From Candidatus Nanohaloarchaea archaeon (GTDB lineage: Archaea > Nanohalarchaeota > Nanosalinia > Nanosalinales > Nanosalinaceae): a DNA stretch of 64,000 nt. A program made the position numbers and the translations under genes. The notes under the pieces were generated by a model. That model worked only from the letters and a program-made list of their open reading frames with translations. It was not told where the DNA came from and did no database searches. Positions 28,746 through 37,506 of the stretch are shown one piece after another. The stretch lies in NCBI GenBank assembly GCA_042218075.1, contig JBDGRK010000009.1, positions 18,136-82,135 on the forward strand, read 5' to 3'. Numbering within the stretch: the stretch's first letter is position 1; each line of letters starts with the position of its first letter.

Positions 28746-29825
28746 TCAAGTTTTTGATTTCATAAAATCCTCTACTGCAACTGCTAATACATCTGCAGCT
28801 ACCTTCACCTTTTCTTTTTCCACATACTCCCTCCTGGAATGTGCAACACCTCCCTCTTCGTCTTCTAATTTACCTGGACCGAAAACTACCGTCGGGATTT
28901 CTGGCGCAAAGTAAGAGGCCTCACAAACTGCGTCAAAGTTCCTGAGCTCGCCTGCCGAATTTTCTAGAAGTATATTGACCAATTCGGTATCTGGATCAGT
29001 CCTGAATGCACCTAGGAGCGGTGAATTGGTCGCGGCTCTACTCACCTTAACCTCTGCCTCAAAGTCAAGATTATCAATAAAACTTTCAAACCTCTCCATG
29101 AACTCTTCCATGTTCTCACCAGGAACACTTCTCCTATCTATCCAGACCCTGCACTTATCAGGCACAACGTTTGAAGCATCTCCTCCTTCCATTACTGTTG
29201 GAGTTAGAGTTGGTTCTCCAAGTTCTTCATCTTCCTGACCAGTATCGAAATCATCAAGTACGGAAATAAGTTTAGAAGCAGCTCTTATTGAATTAACCCC
29301 CTTTTCAGGTCTAGCAGCATGTGAGCTCTTACCTCTTACTTCTAGCTCTATCTCAAACCTTCCTCTTGAGGCATTGCAAACATCGCAGTCCGTTGGCTCT
29401 CCTACTATAACAGCATCCGGTTCATCAGAAAAATCTAACTCTCCGACAGCCCTCGAATCGGTCTCTTCGTCAGGTGTAAGAGCCAGGGAAAGTTTTCCAC
29501 CCTCATCATCGAAATTTATTAGCGTGTCTAAGAAAGCCGCTATAGAGGCTTTTGCATCGCTAGATCCTCTTCCTCTGATGGTTTTTTCATCCTCACTAAA
29601 ATCTATATGCGGTTCTACAGTATCCATGTGTGACTGGAGCAGTAAATGCGGTTTTCCCGATCCCTTCCGAGCTATCAAATTACCTGCTTCATCGACCTCA
29701 AAATCTATCTTAAATTCTTTCAGAACTTTAACCATCATTTTTCTGAAATTTTCAACAGATTCATGTGATTCGGTCTTGACTGCCTTTCTCAAAAATTCAA
29801 TAACGTTGAACTCTTCACCTTTCAT
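28746..29825 (-). CDS. M20 metallopeptidase (DapE/ArgE-like)
   Basis: SHMDTV, GRGSSDAK, DEE, GEPT, SHAARP and AHSRRE motifs. Confidence 0.9.
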   Translation of the reverse strand: MKGEEFNVIEFLRKAVKTESHESVENFRKMMVKVLKEFKIDFEVDEAGNLIARKGSGKPHLLLQSHMDTVEPHIDFSEDEKTIRGRGSSDAKASIAAFLDTLINFDDEGGKLSLALTPDEETDSRAVGELDFSDEPDAVIVGEPTDCDVCNASRGRFEIELEVRGKSSHAARPEKGVNSIRAASKLISVLDDFDTGQEDEELGEPTLTPTVMEGGDASNVVPDKCRVWIDRRSVPGENMEEFMERFESFIDNLDFEAEVKVSRAATNSPLLGAFRTDPDTELVNILLENSAGELRNFDAVCEASYFAPEIPTVVFGPGKLEDEEGGVAHSRREYVEKEKVKVAADVLAVAVEDFMKSKT

Positions 29826-30039
29826 CTGTAATTTATCTGAGAATCCAATTTTTATAATCAGACTGGCATTTAGATAACTAGCCTTTTACAGTATTCATGA
29901 TATATTCTACGAATATCGAAGTATTTATAAGGTTAAATTTCTATATCCGTAACATGGTGAAGAAAATGACCGAAAACTTTACTGCTGATCGAGATCATAT
30001 CGATCAAAACCACAGAACACTGTACGAAGGGGAGATCTG

Positions 30040-31038
30040 ATGGACGAGATTAGAGGAGTATATCCGGCGATGCCCACGGCGATGGATGAAGATTTCCGTA
30101 TCAACTACGAGGCGATGGAGCAGCTAATAGACTACCTGGAGGCCGGAGGAGTCGAAGGATTGGTACCCGCGGGCTGCACAGGTCATGCGCCAACTCTAGG
30201 GGACATGAGCGAGGAGGAGCTCTACGATGAACACGTCAGGTATGTCTCCGAGATTTCGGAAATGACTGATCTACCTGTGATAGCCGGAGACGGGATGAAC
30301 AGCACCACCCAGACTATTGAACTTGCGGGAGCGGTAGAGGACGAGGCAGATATAGATGCCCACTTAGTTATCACGCCGTACCAGAATAAACCTCCGCAGG
30401 ACAGGCTGATCAGTCACTACGAGGATGTGGCGGCAAGCCTTGAAGAACCTCTAACTGCCTACAACGTTCCCAGCAGAACCGGAGTCAATATCGAGCCCCG
30501 GACTCTCGAGTCTATCGCTGATATACCCGGAGTTATCGGCATAAAGGAGGCATCAAACGATCCAGACCAGATCAGGGAGATTGGGTCCAGGCTAGGTGAA
30601 CAGGAAGACTTCGCCATAGGCTCGGGCGATGATCCAAGGAATCCACTGATCTTCGAGCAGGGCGGAGAGTTCGCCATCAGTGTCTCCGCCAATATCTATC
30701 CCGAAGCAATAGTGGAAGTATTCGAGGAAGGAGTTGAGAACAGGGATCACGATGCTGCCAGAGAGAGAAACAGGGATCTTGAACCTCTCCATGAAGCGAT
30801 GTTCCAGGAGGGCGAAACTAACCCGATCTCTGTTCAGTATGCGCTGGATGAACTGATAGGTGGCTTCGGAACACAGAGAGCACCACTCGACAGGCGGCCG
30901 CTGGAGGGATATGATGAGGCCCATAACCAGATCTTCACGAACAGGACGGAGATCCAGCACGTCATCGACCACTATGATCTTGATCAAAACCTCCAGGAAA
31001 ATCTGCAGCAGGGAGCGGTATCGGCCCAAAACTTTTAA
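30040..31038 (+). CDS. dapA: 4-hydroxy-tetrahydrodipicolinate synthase family protein
   Basis: GCTGH, ITPYQNKP, YNVPSRTG, GIKEAS, SGDD and ETNP motifs. Confidence 0.85.
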   Translation: MDEIRGVYPAMPTAMDEDFRINYEAMEQLIDYLEAGGVEGLVPAGCTGHAPTLGDMSEEELYDEHVRYVSEISEMTDLPVIAGDGMNSTTQTIELAGAVEDEADIDAHLVITPYQNKPPQDRLISHYEDVAASLEEPLTAYNVPSRTGVNIEPRTLESIADIPGVIGIKEASNDPDQIREIGSRLGEQEDFAIGSGDDPRNPLIFEQGGEFAISVSANIYPEAIVEVFEEGVENRDHDAARERNRDLEPLHEAMFQEGETNPISVQYALDELIGGFGTQRAPLDRRPLEGYDEAHNQIFTNRTEIQHVIDHYDLDQNLQENLQQGAVSAQNF

Positions 31039-31061
31039 AAATCGATTCCTCAATAATTGCT

Positions 31062-31145
31062 ATGGCTGAATCCTTAACAATAGGTAATGCGGAACTCAGT
31101 ATAGAAGGATTCAGCACCAGCTTTACCTTTACCTATTTCTTCTGA
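31062..31145 (+). CDS. Putative 27-aa small/leader peptide
   Basis: MAESLTIGNAELSIEGFSTSFTFTYFF*; TTTTAAAA box about 25 nt upstream. Confidence 0.35.
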   Translation: MAESLTIGNAELSIEGFSTSFTFTYFF

Positions 31146-31221
31146 GAGAGCCGTTAGATTACGGCTCCTGTACTAAAAGAGGTGTCCAAAATCAAGACTA
31201 AAATGCCAAAACTCCACGGAG

Positions 31222-31551
31222 GTGCTTAAAATGGAAAGATCGAAGGGAATTTGCTGGAACCGGAACTACAGAAGAAGATTCGTCCAGACATCAGAAGGTG
31301 TTCTCTTGCAGCAGGAAAGCGATGGTTATGAAAAAGTCCATTACATACCTGAGGGTGACAGGAACTCGAATATTGAAAGCGAAGGCCTGGAAACAGTAGA
31401 CAACATTCTTGATCCCGGGACAGATATAGATAGAGTGATAAGGATGGCAAAGAACCAGAAGGCTGCAGAGAACCTCGGAAACTGGATAGATGGAACAAGA
31501 GGATACCCGCAAGATGTGTACAGTCAATCCTCGACAGTGGCTTCAGACTAG
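31222..31551 (+). CDS. Hypothetical protein
   Basis: GGAGGTG ribosome-binding-like site before ATG 31231; acidic. Confidence 0.55.
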   Translation: MLKMERSKGICWNRNYRRRFVQTSEGVLLQQESDGYEKVHYIPEGDRNSNIESEGLETVDNILDPGTDIDRVIRMAKNQKAAENLGNWIDGTRGYPQDVYSQSSTVASD

Positions 31552-31952
31552 AGCTTCCGTTGCTTCAGAACAGTGTAGGTCATTGTATCCCTGACACCTG
31601 ACACTGCCCTTATCTGATCAAGCAGACTGTTAAGCTCTTCAGGAGATTGTTCTGAAAGTTCAAGCACCAGATCGTATTCTCCCGTAACCTCTTTCATCAC
31701 CAGATCGGCTGGAAGTTTATCTACAACCTCGTCGATATCTATACCAGTCTCCAGTTTCACCATCACCAGCGCCGAGTTCTCAGCTTCCGAAGTTTCCACC
31801 GTAAACTTTTCGATAATGCCACTATCCTGCATCTCCCTCACCCTGTTCCTGACTGTGGCTTCTGAGACGTCTACCTCCTCCGCTATCTCGGTGAAAGATG
31901 CTCTGCCGTTTTCCTTCAAAATCTGAATAATTTTTCGATCCTTCGAATCCAT
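31548..31952 (-). CDS. Lrp/AsnC family transcriptional regulator
   Basis: MDSKDRKIIQILKENGRASFTEIA...SEATVRNRV; EVTGEYDL. Confidence 0.95.
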   Translation of the reverse strand: MDSKDRKIIQILKENGRASFTEIAEEVDVSEATVRNRVREMQDSGIIEKFTVETSEAENSALVMVKLETGIDIDEVVDKLPADLVMKEVTGEYDLVLELSEQSPEELNSLLDQIRAVSGVRDTMTYTVLKQRKL

Positions 31953-31983
31953 AAACTATAATTTTAAGCTTTTCTTAAAATAC

Positions 31984-32634
31984 CTACGGTTTTTGTAAGT
32001 TTTTCTGCTCCACCAGAACAACTTCCTCCACATCCTCTACTCCTCCTTCATCTCCGATCTCGACCGAGAAAGCCTTCCCGGTCTCGTCAGCCGCGGCGTT
32101 CAGGACTGTTGTTCCTAGCAGAGAATATTCACCAAAATCCTCATGGACGTGGCCCGATGCCCAGAGAGCCGGTTTTTCCTTGATTATCAGTTCCCGGAAC
32201 TGCTCGAAGCCTATTCTCTTCCCTGATCTCACCCTGTCGCCCATCTTGTGTGGAGGATAATGCGAACCTATAATTGTTTTTGAAGCATCGCCGTGCTCAT
32301 CTATTATTCTTTCGACCTCTTCCTTAACGTTATCAGGGAAGTTTCCTCCAATCAGGATTATCATGTACTCATCGTCTATCTCCGCCTCAAGGAAGTTGAA
32401 AACAGGCACCGGGCCATCGAGAAACTCGTTTGAAAACATCATGTCTCGATTCCCGGTGCATCCCAGAGCGACTATATCGATCCTCTCCATCATATCCTCT
32501 GCGTAATCCTGGTCCATGTAGTCGCCGAGGTTAAGATAGATATCGTAGTCTCCCGAGTTCGCTTCCTCGATCGCGGCTTCCTTGAGTTCCTCGGATGCGT
32601 GAAAGTCGCTGGTCACCAGTATTTTAAGGCCCAT
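31984..32634 (-). CDS. Metallophosphoesterase (Icc-like)
   Basis: SDFH, GD, GNRD, SHYPP and GHVHE motifs. Confidence 0.9.
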   Translation of the reverse strand: MGLKILVTSDFHASEELKEAAIEEANSGDYDIYLNLGDYMDQDYAEDMMERIDIVALGCTGNRDMMFSNEFLDGPVPVFNFLEAEIDDEYMIILIGGNFPDNVKEEVERIIDEHGDASKTIIGSHYPPHKMGDRVRSGKRIGFEQFRELIIKEKPALWASGHVHEDFGEYSLLGTTVLNAAADETGKAFSVEIGDEGGVEDVEEVVLVEQKNLQKP

Positions 32635-32700
32635 GGATTCTAGATGAGATGAAGTCTTAAAAGTGTATATAAAGGAAGTAGAAAAAGTTTGAAGATTCTT

Positions 32701-33303
32701 TTACTGGAATGCTTGTCCTGTATTCATATCATCGCCCATTGGCATAGCTCCCATAAAATCTTCTACATCCATGCCAATAGATGGCACCTCAAGATCCTGT
32801 CTGTATTCCAATTCAAATTGATCTAGATCCTCATGTTCGCCTTCAATTTTTTGGACAGCTTCATTCTTGGCTTTCCTAAAGTAGTGATAATTCAAAACAT
32901 CACGAGTTGTGCCCTTAATTTCTTCTTATCCGGCAAGTATAGCAACTCCCGCAGCTGTCAACCAATTTGGATTTCCAGTTTCCAGAAGCTTAAATACCGA
33001 GCCTGCTGTAGTGCCCATGGATCCAAGAGCCCAACCAGCACGGGTTTTCGAAGGCTTGTAAAATTCTTCCTGTTCATTAAGTGCTTGACCAACCATCTCA
33101 AAGTCTGCATCCCCAAGATAGATTTTCGATTCATCTTCTTTCACTACTGAGGTAGGGCCCTGAGTCAATCCAGCAGCCCTAAAACCGTCGTATTTATCCT
33201 TGAATTCTCTATAAGTTGGATTCTCTTCTCTAACATAATCTCTTATTTCTTTGGAATTTTCAGCCATATCAACATTTCCATTCTGATCAACAGCAATTGA
33301 CAT
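32701..33303 (-). pseudogene. Hypothetical membrane protein split by an in-frame TAA at 32926-32928
   Basis: ...AGVAILAG*EEIKGTTRDVLNYHYFRK...; the two track ORFs are in one frame separated by a single stop. Confidence 0.55.
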
Positions 33304-33420
33304 ACCCACACCCTTATGATTAACTTTTAAGTAACAAATTACTGGTTGAAGCAAAATAACGGAATTCCGGAACGGCTCATCAATTCTTTATAAACTGAGT
33401 TTCTGCAATCCTTTAATCCA

Positions 33421-33537
33421 ATGATATGCTGCGAGCCAAACTGCCTTGAATACGCCGAGTCGAACTCTGTCTACTGCAGAGAACACATGGAGAACTCTGA
33501 AGAAAAGCAGGAAAAACTTCCTGTTGAGGTGTTCTGA
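33421..33537 (+). CDS. Small Cys/His zinc-finger microprotein (38 aa)
   Basis: MICCEPNCLEYAESNSVYCREHMENSEEKQEKLPVEVF; TTTATAAA box upstream. Confidence 0.55.
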   Translation: MICCEPNCLEYAESNSVYCREHMENSEEKQEKLPVEVF

Positions 33538-33604
33538 TGGCAGAAGGAAAGATGCGAGAGGTGGTGTACTCTATTGGAGAGAATAACGCTGATTCAGACC
33601 TTTT

Positions 33605-33883
33605 CTATTTTTCGAAAAATACTGCTCCGCAGTCTTTATTTGCACATGAATAAACCTGGAGCGGTTCTCTACCGTAACCTTTCGACCTCATGTTGGATAA
33701 GTCTACCAGAGCAGTCCATCTCTCCGGTCCATAGCTGTCGCAAGACGGGCAAGAAATTTCCTCTTCCCTAGCCTGAGGCTCCTGCTGCAGAATTTTGCGT
33801 ACCACTTCTTCACCTAGAGAACTCTCAGAACCTCCTGTAAATCCATAAATTTCAAAATCTTCAACTTCGTTGGTTTCAGCCAT
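33605..33883 (-). CDS. Small Cys4 zinc-ribbon protein
   Basis: CPSC...CANKDC; ATG lies 3 nt after the tRNA-Ile discriminator. Confidence 0.6.
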   Translation of the reverse strand: MAETNEVEDFEIYGFTGGSESSLGEEVVRKILQQEPQAREEEISCPSCDSYGPERWTALVDLSNMRSKGYGREPLQVYSCANKDCGAVFFEK

Positions 33884-33886
33884 GAT

Positions 33887-34074
33887 TGGTCCACCCGGGA
33901 TTCGAACCCGGGACCGCCGCCTAGCCTAAAACCGCGAGCAGAGCTCGCTACCGGTGAAACCGGTAATTGCGCTGGCTTAGCGTAACAAGCCTAGGCAACA
34001 CGCAGGCCTCTCGGCAAGAATTTCTGCGTGAGGTCCGTATAAGGACGGTGCTCTAACCCCTGAGCTAGTGGACC
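33887..34074 (-). tRNA. tRNA-Ile(UAU) with a 115-nt intron at 37/38 (33923-34037)
   Basis: GGTCCAC/GTGGACC-A acceptor, CCGTC-CTTATA^A-GGCGG anticodon arm, GGTTCGAATCC T-arm; BHB formed by CTTA:TAGG helix with bulges TA^C and CT^A. Confidence 0.9.
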
Positions 34075-34196
34075 TTTACAACGAAAAGTTTCACTGGTAA
34101 TCTAAAAAAGGCTTCCGGAATCCTGGGATTGGGCAAGACCACCTTAATAAATCTTCCAAATGATTATTACGCATAGAGATAGGTGAAATTCTACAA

Positions 34197-34907
34197 ATGC
34201 AGATGACCAACCAGCAACAGCAGCAGTACGACAGGGGTATAACAATTTTCTCTCCGGACGGAAGGCTTTTCCAGGTGGAGTACGCAAAAGAGGCGGTAAA
34301 GAAGGGAGCTACAGCACTTGGATTGACCTACGAGGAAGGAGTGGTTCTCGCCGCGACAAGGACTAATTCACACCTGAAGGTCAGGAACCCGGAGAAAGTT
34401 TTCAAGGTCGACGATCACCTCGGTATAGTGACTTCGGGTCTTGTGGCAGATGGAAGAACCCTGGTCGATGAGACAAGAAATGAGGCGCAGAAGTACCTGA
34501 TGACCTACGACGAAGAGATCCCTACTCCTGTGCTTGCGAAGTTTGTCGCGGATCGATGCCAGCAGTTCACCCAGTACGGCGGAGTAAGACCGTACGGAGT
34601 ATCGACGATCACAGGAGGCATGAAGGACGGCAATCCCAAGGTATACCAGACAGATCCCTCGGGAACACTCAACCAGTGGAACGCGATAGCGATCGGAAAA
34701 GGCGGTGAAGACACCAAGGAGAACCTGGAAGAAGAGTGGGAGGAAGGAATGGATGAAGACAGCGCGATCGAGCTTGCTGTAGACTCCCTGAAGAAGGGAG
34801 AGGAAGATATTGAGACAGAGAACATTGAGCTGGCGATAGTTAATGGAGAGAAGGACTACCAGAGAGTCGAGCCGGAAGAACTGGAAGACAGAGGTTTAGG
34901 AGTCTAG
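34197..34907 (+). CDS. psmA: Proteasome alpha subunit
   Basis: YDRGITIFSPDGRLFQVEYA; RPYGVS. Confidence 0.98.
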   Translation: MQMTNQQQQQYDRGITIFSPDGRLFQVEYAKEAVKKGATALGLTYEEGVVLAATRTNSHLKVRNPEKVFKVDDHLGIVTSGLVADGRTLVDETRNEAQKYLMTYDEEIPTPVLAKFVADRCQQFTQYGGVRPYGVSTITGGMKDGNPKVYQTDPSGTLNQWNAIAIGKGGEDTKENLEEEWEEGMDEDSAIELAVDSLKKGEEDIETENIELAIVNGEKDYQRVEPEELEDRGLGV

Positions 34908-34910
34908 GAT

Positions 34911-35291
34911 TTAATCCCTGTAACTCCTAATACCTTCGACAATTCGACCGTAAGAATCCTGACTACCTGCCATCGATCTCTGGAAGATATCATCAACACA
35001 TTCATACCCGGGTTCTTCAGGATTGGGAACCGCCCAAGCGATGTAGCAATCCTCCCGGCAACACCCTTTATCTTCGAGACTTTCCAAAAGTCTTCGTCCT
35101 TCTCCATTCAAGAGGCGGACTATAATTCCATCAAAAAACCCCTTATCTCTTTCATCCAATTTATCTCCAGCTTCACTCGATGTCTCAGCATGGTAAACCC
35201 TGAGATCATCCATACCTCTGTTTCTCAATCTCAAGGCCAGTACATCTGGTGCGTCATCATCCTCGTCCGCGACAAGAAGCTCCAAACTCAT
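34911..35291 (-). CDS. Degenerate receiver-domain-like protein
   Basis: LLVADED...AETSSEA...FDGIIVRL...GRRLL resembles a CheY fold without the phosphoacceptor Asp. Confidence 0.4.
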   Translation of the reverse strand: MSLELLVADEDDDAPDVLALRLRNRGMDDLRVYHAETSSEAGDKLDERDKGFFDGIIVRLLNGEGRRLLESLEDKGCCREDCYIAWAVPNPEEPGYECVDDIFQRSMAGSQDSYGRIVEGIRSYRD

Positions 35292-35380
35292 AGTTATTCT
35301 CGAGTCATAAATATTAATAGAATCACGACCGGATCGAAAATATTCGAACAAATTAAAACAGTTGAAATTAGTAGAAAATT

Positions 35381-36067
35381 ATGGACACTTCTGACGCGAT
35401 AACCGTTCAGTACCGGGGAGACAAGCAGTTCGAGATTCTGGTTGAACCTGAACTTGCGAAAGAGTCAAAGCTTGAGGGAGAGGACCACGATATACAGAGG
35501 CTTATGTTCGTGCAGGAAGTCTTTGTCGACGCTGGAGAAGGTGAAAGAGCATCAGCAGACGAGCTGGAAGACGAGTTCGGGACAAGACAGGTGATGAAGG
35601 CCGCAGAAGAGATATTCCAGAAGGGAGACATGCAGCTGACAACAGAGCAGAAGGCGGAGATGAGACAGGAAAAGTGGAAGCAGCTGGTTAACATGATATC
35701 CAGGAGAGTCCAGAACCCCAAGACAGGCAATCCTCACCCGCCTGATCGAGTCGAAAATGCACTGGAGGAGACAGGATTCAACCTGAACTGGGACTCAGAT
35801 CTTGAGGAGGAGTTCGAGGAGGCGATAGACGATATAAGGCCGATCATTCCTGTATCCCTTGATGAGAAAACTGTCGCAGTCAGGATTCCAAACGACCAGG
35901 CGGGAAAGGCCTACGACAGGCTGCAGCAGGTAGCCGATCTGAAAGAGGAGCAGTGGGGCAACGACTACTTTATGGCGAAGATCACTCTCCCGGCCGGAGT
36001 CCTGAAAGAACTCAGGGAAGAACTCCAGGAAATGACCTCGGGGCAGACAGAGATGAAGGAGGTTTAG
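35381..36067 (+). CDS. sdo1: Ribosome maturation factor SBDS/SDO1
   Basis: FEILVEP, GDMQLTTEQ, NPKTGNPHPPDR and IIPVSL motifs. Confidence 0.97.
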   Translation: MDTSDAITVQYRGDKQFEILVEPELAKESKLEGEDHDIQRLMFVQEVFVDAGEGERASADELEDEFGTRQVMKAAEEIFQKGDMQLTTEQKAEMRQEKWKQLVNMISRRVQNPKTGNPHPPDRVENALEETGFNLNWDSDLEEEFEEAIDDIRPIIPVSLDEKTVAVRIPNDQAGKAYDRLQQVADLKEEQWGNDYFMAKITLPAGVLKELREELQEMTSGQTEMKEV

Positions 36068-36070
36068 AAT

Positions 36071-36487
36071 CTACCATTTTTCAGCAACTATCCGATCAGT
36101 AGTTATATTTCCATCATGTAGGAACATTAGGTTATCTTTCTCACTGTAAGGTAGTTCTCCCGCCTGAAGCTTGCGATAATCTAATCCTCTTTCAAGAAAC
36201 CGATCCATTCCCATATTTTCGACAGCAGTGTCGCCGTATCTCGCGACATGCACATCGGATTTTAAAACTTCAACCTCCACCCAGTTATCTCCAAATCTCT
36301 CTTTTATGTATCCATCGAGTCCTTCCGGATCGTAGAGATAAACGCACCGGTACTTTACCATATTGCTGTAATGAAGATCTGGCACTTCGCCTCTTTCTGA
36401 CCTCGTCAGTAGACCATCTTGATCTATTGAATCCAGTTTATCATCAGAAGTACCGTGGAAAAGATTGACCACTTCTTTCTTTACCAT
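36071..36487 (-). CDS. Putative ADP-ribosyltransferase-fold protein
   Basis: LFHGTS...SIDQDGL...VYL and a C-terminal HDGNI; HGT signature of ART/Tpt1-like folds. Confidence 0.5.
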   Translation of the reverse strand: MVKKEVVNLFHGTSDDKLDSIDQDGLLTRSERGEVPDLHYSNMVKYRCVYLYDPEGLDGYIKERFGDNWVEVEVLKSDVHVARYGDTAVENMGMDRFLERGLDYRKLQAGELPYSEKDNLMFLHDGNITTDRIVAEKW

Positions 36488-36538
36488 TAACTAGACCAGG
36501 CACAAAAACTTTATATTCACGATATTTGGGCGACCAGG

Positions 36539-37402
36539 TTACTGGTTTAACTGCTCTAGAACCCTGTATTCCTGCCATTCCTCCATTTCCGTACCCCTCG
36601 CAGATTGCTGGTACATTATATTTTCCTTGGTTTCAAGCCTGTCCAGGCCGAGGGCGTGGTAAACCTCATGCATCATTAAATAATCGGAAGGCGTGCGGAC
36701 AACTTCTTCATCCAACTCTCGCATGTTTTCTGCTAAAAGCACGCACCTATCCCTCTCTGATTGACCATCATAATTTGTGGAAAGCGCATCAAATCTATCA
36801 GGCAACACTATCACCTGGATCGCAGCATCCCTGATTATAGAATCCAGCTCGTAGTAGAAGGATTCACGGGATGTTACTTCACTATCAGTATTTGCTCCAA
36901 GTATTTTCCTGACATTATTCCCATACTGTTCCTCAAAATCTCCGAAGCTAGGATTTTCTTCTCTTTCCTGGGCCACGGTGTTGATAGTTGGATCTCTGAA
37001 TTCTTCGGGAACCCCCAGGGGAGAATGCCAGGCACCGGTTTCGCCCGTAAGATAAACGAATTGACTGTCTACACTGATGGCCTCAATATGCTGTTCCATA
37101 TCTTCCAGCATTTCATCAGGCACATCGGCTTTACCTACAGTAATAATGTCCAGGAACACATTAAACTCATCTGCTTCAAACTCGTCGATCCGGCTTTTAC
37201 CATATAGTTCTCTAGAAAGCTGCTCCAGTTCATCCCTCTCATCAACGTCAAGCCTGTGTTCTGGAACTCCTGTATATCTTCCTTCGTTCTCTACAAGCTC
37301 CGGTTCATAATTAAATTTACTTAACCCCAATACTGATCCAGCTGACAGAATCCCCGCAAGAGACCCTATAGACCCAAGAAGTTCTCTTCGTGATAAATTC
37401 AT
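36539..37402 (-). CDS. Tat-exported zincin-like metalloprotease
   Basis: SRRELL Tat motif; MHEVYHALGL followed by an NIM Met-turn. Confidence 0.7.
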   Translation of the reverse strand: MNLSRRELLGSIGSLAGILSAGSVLGLSKFNYEPELVENEGRYTGVPEHRLDVDERDELEQLSRELYGKSRIDEFEADEFNVFLDIITVGKADVPDEMLEDMEQHIEAISVDSQFVYLTGETGAWHSPLGVPEEFRDPTINTVAQEREENPSFGDFEEQYGNNVRKILGANTDSEVTSRESFYYELDSIIRDAAIQVIVLPDRFDALSTNYDGQSERDRCVLLAENMRELDEEVVRTPSDYLMMHEVYHALGLDRLETKENIMYQQSARGTEMEEWQEYRVLEQLNQ

Positions 37403-37506
37403 AACAACATATTAATACTGCTTGCCATCCCTATTTAAGATTTTCTGCCCTCATTCTATATATAACACAGATTTTCTCTGAGGAGAGAAGAAGATAGCTT
37501 TCAAAG

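Noticed and set aside
31140-31175. Hammerhead ribozyme
   Set aside because: CTGAGAG is not CUGANGA, and no GAAA follows the stem.
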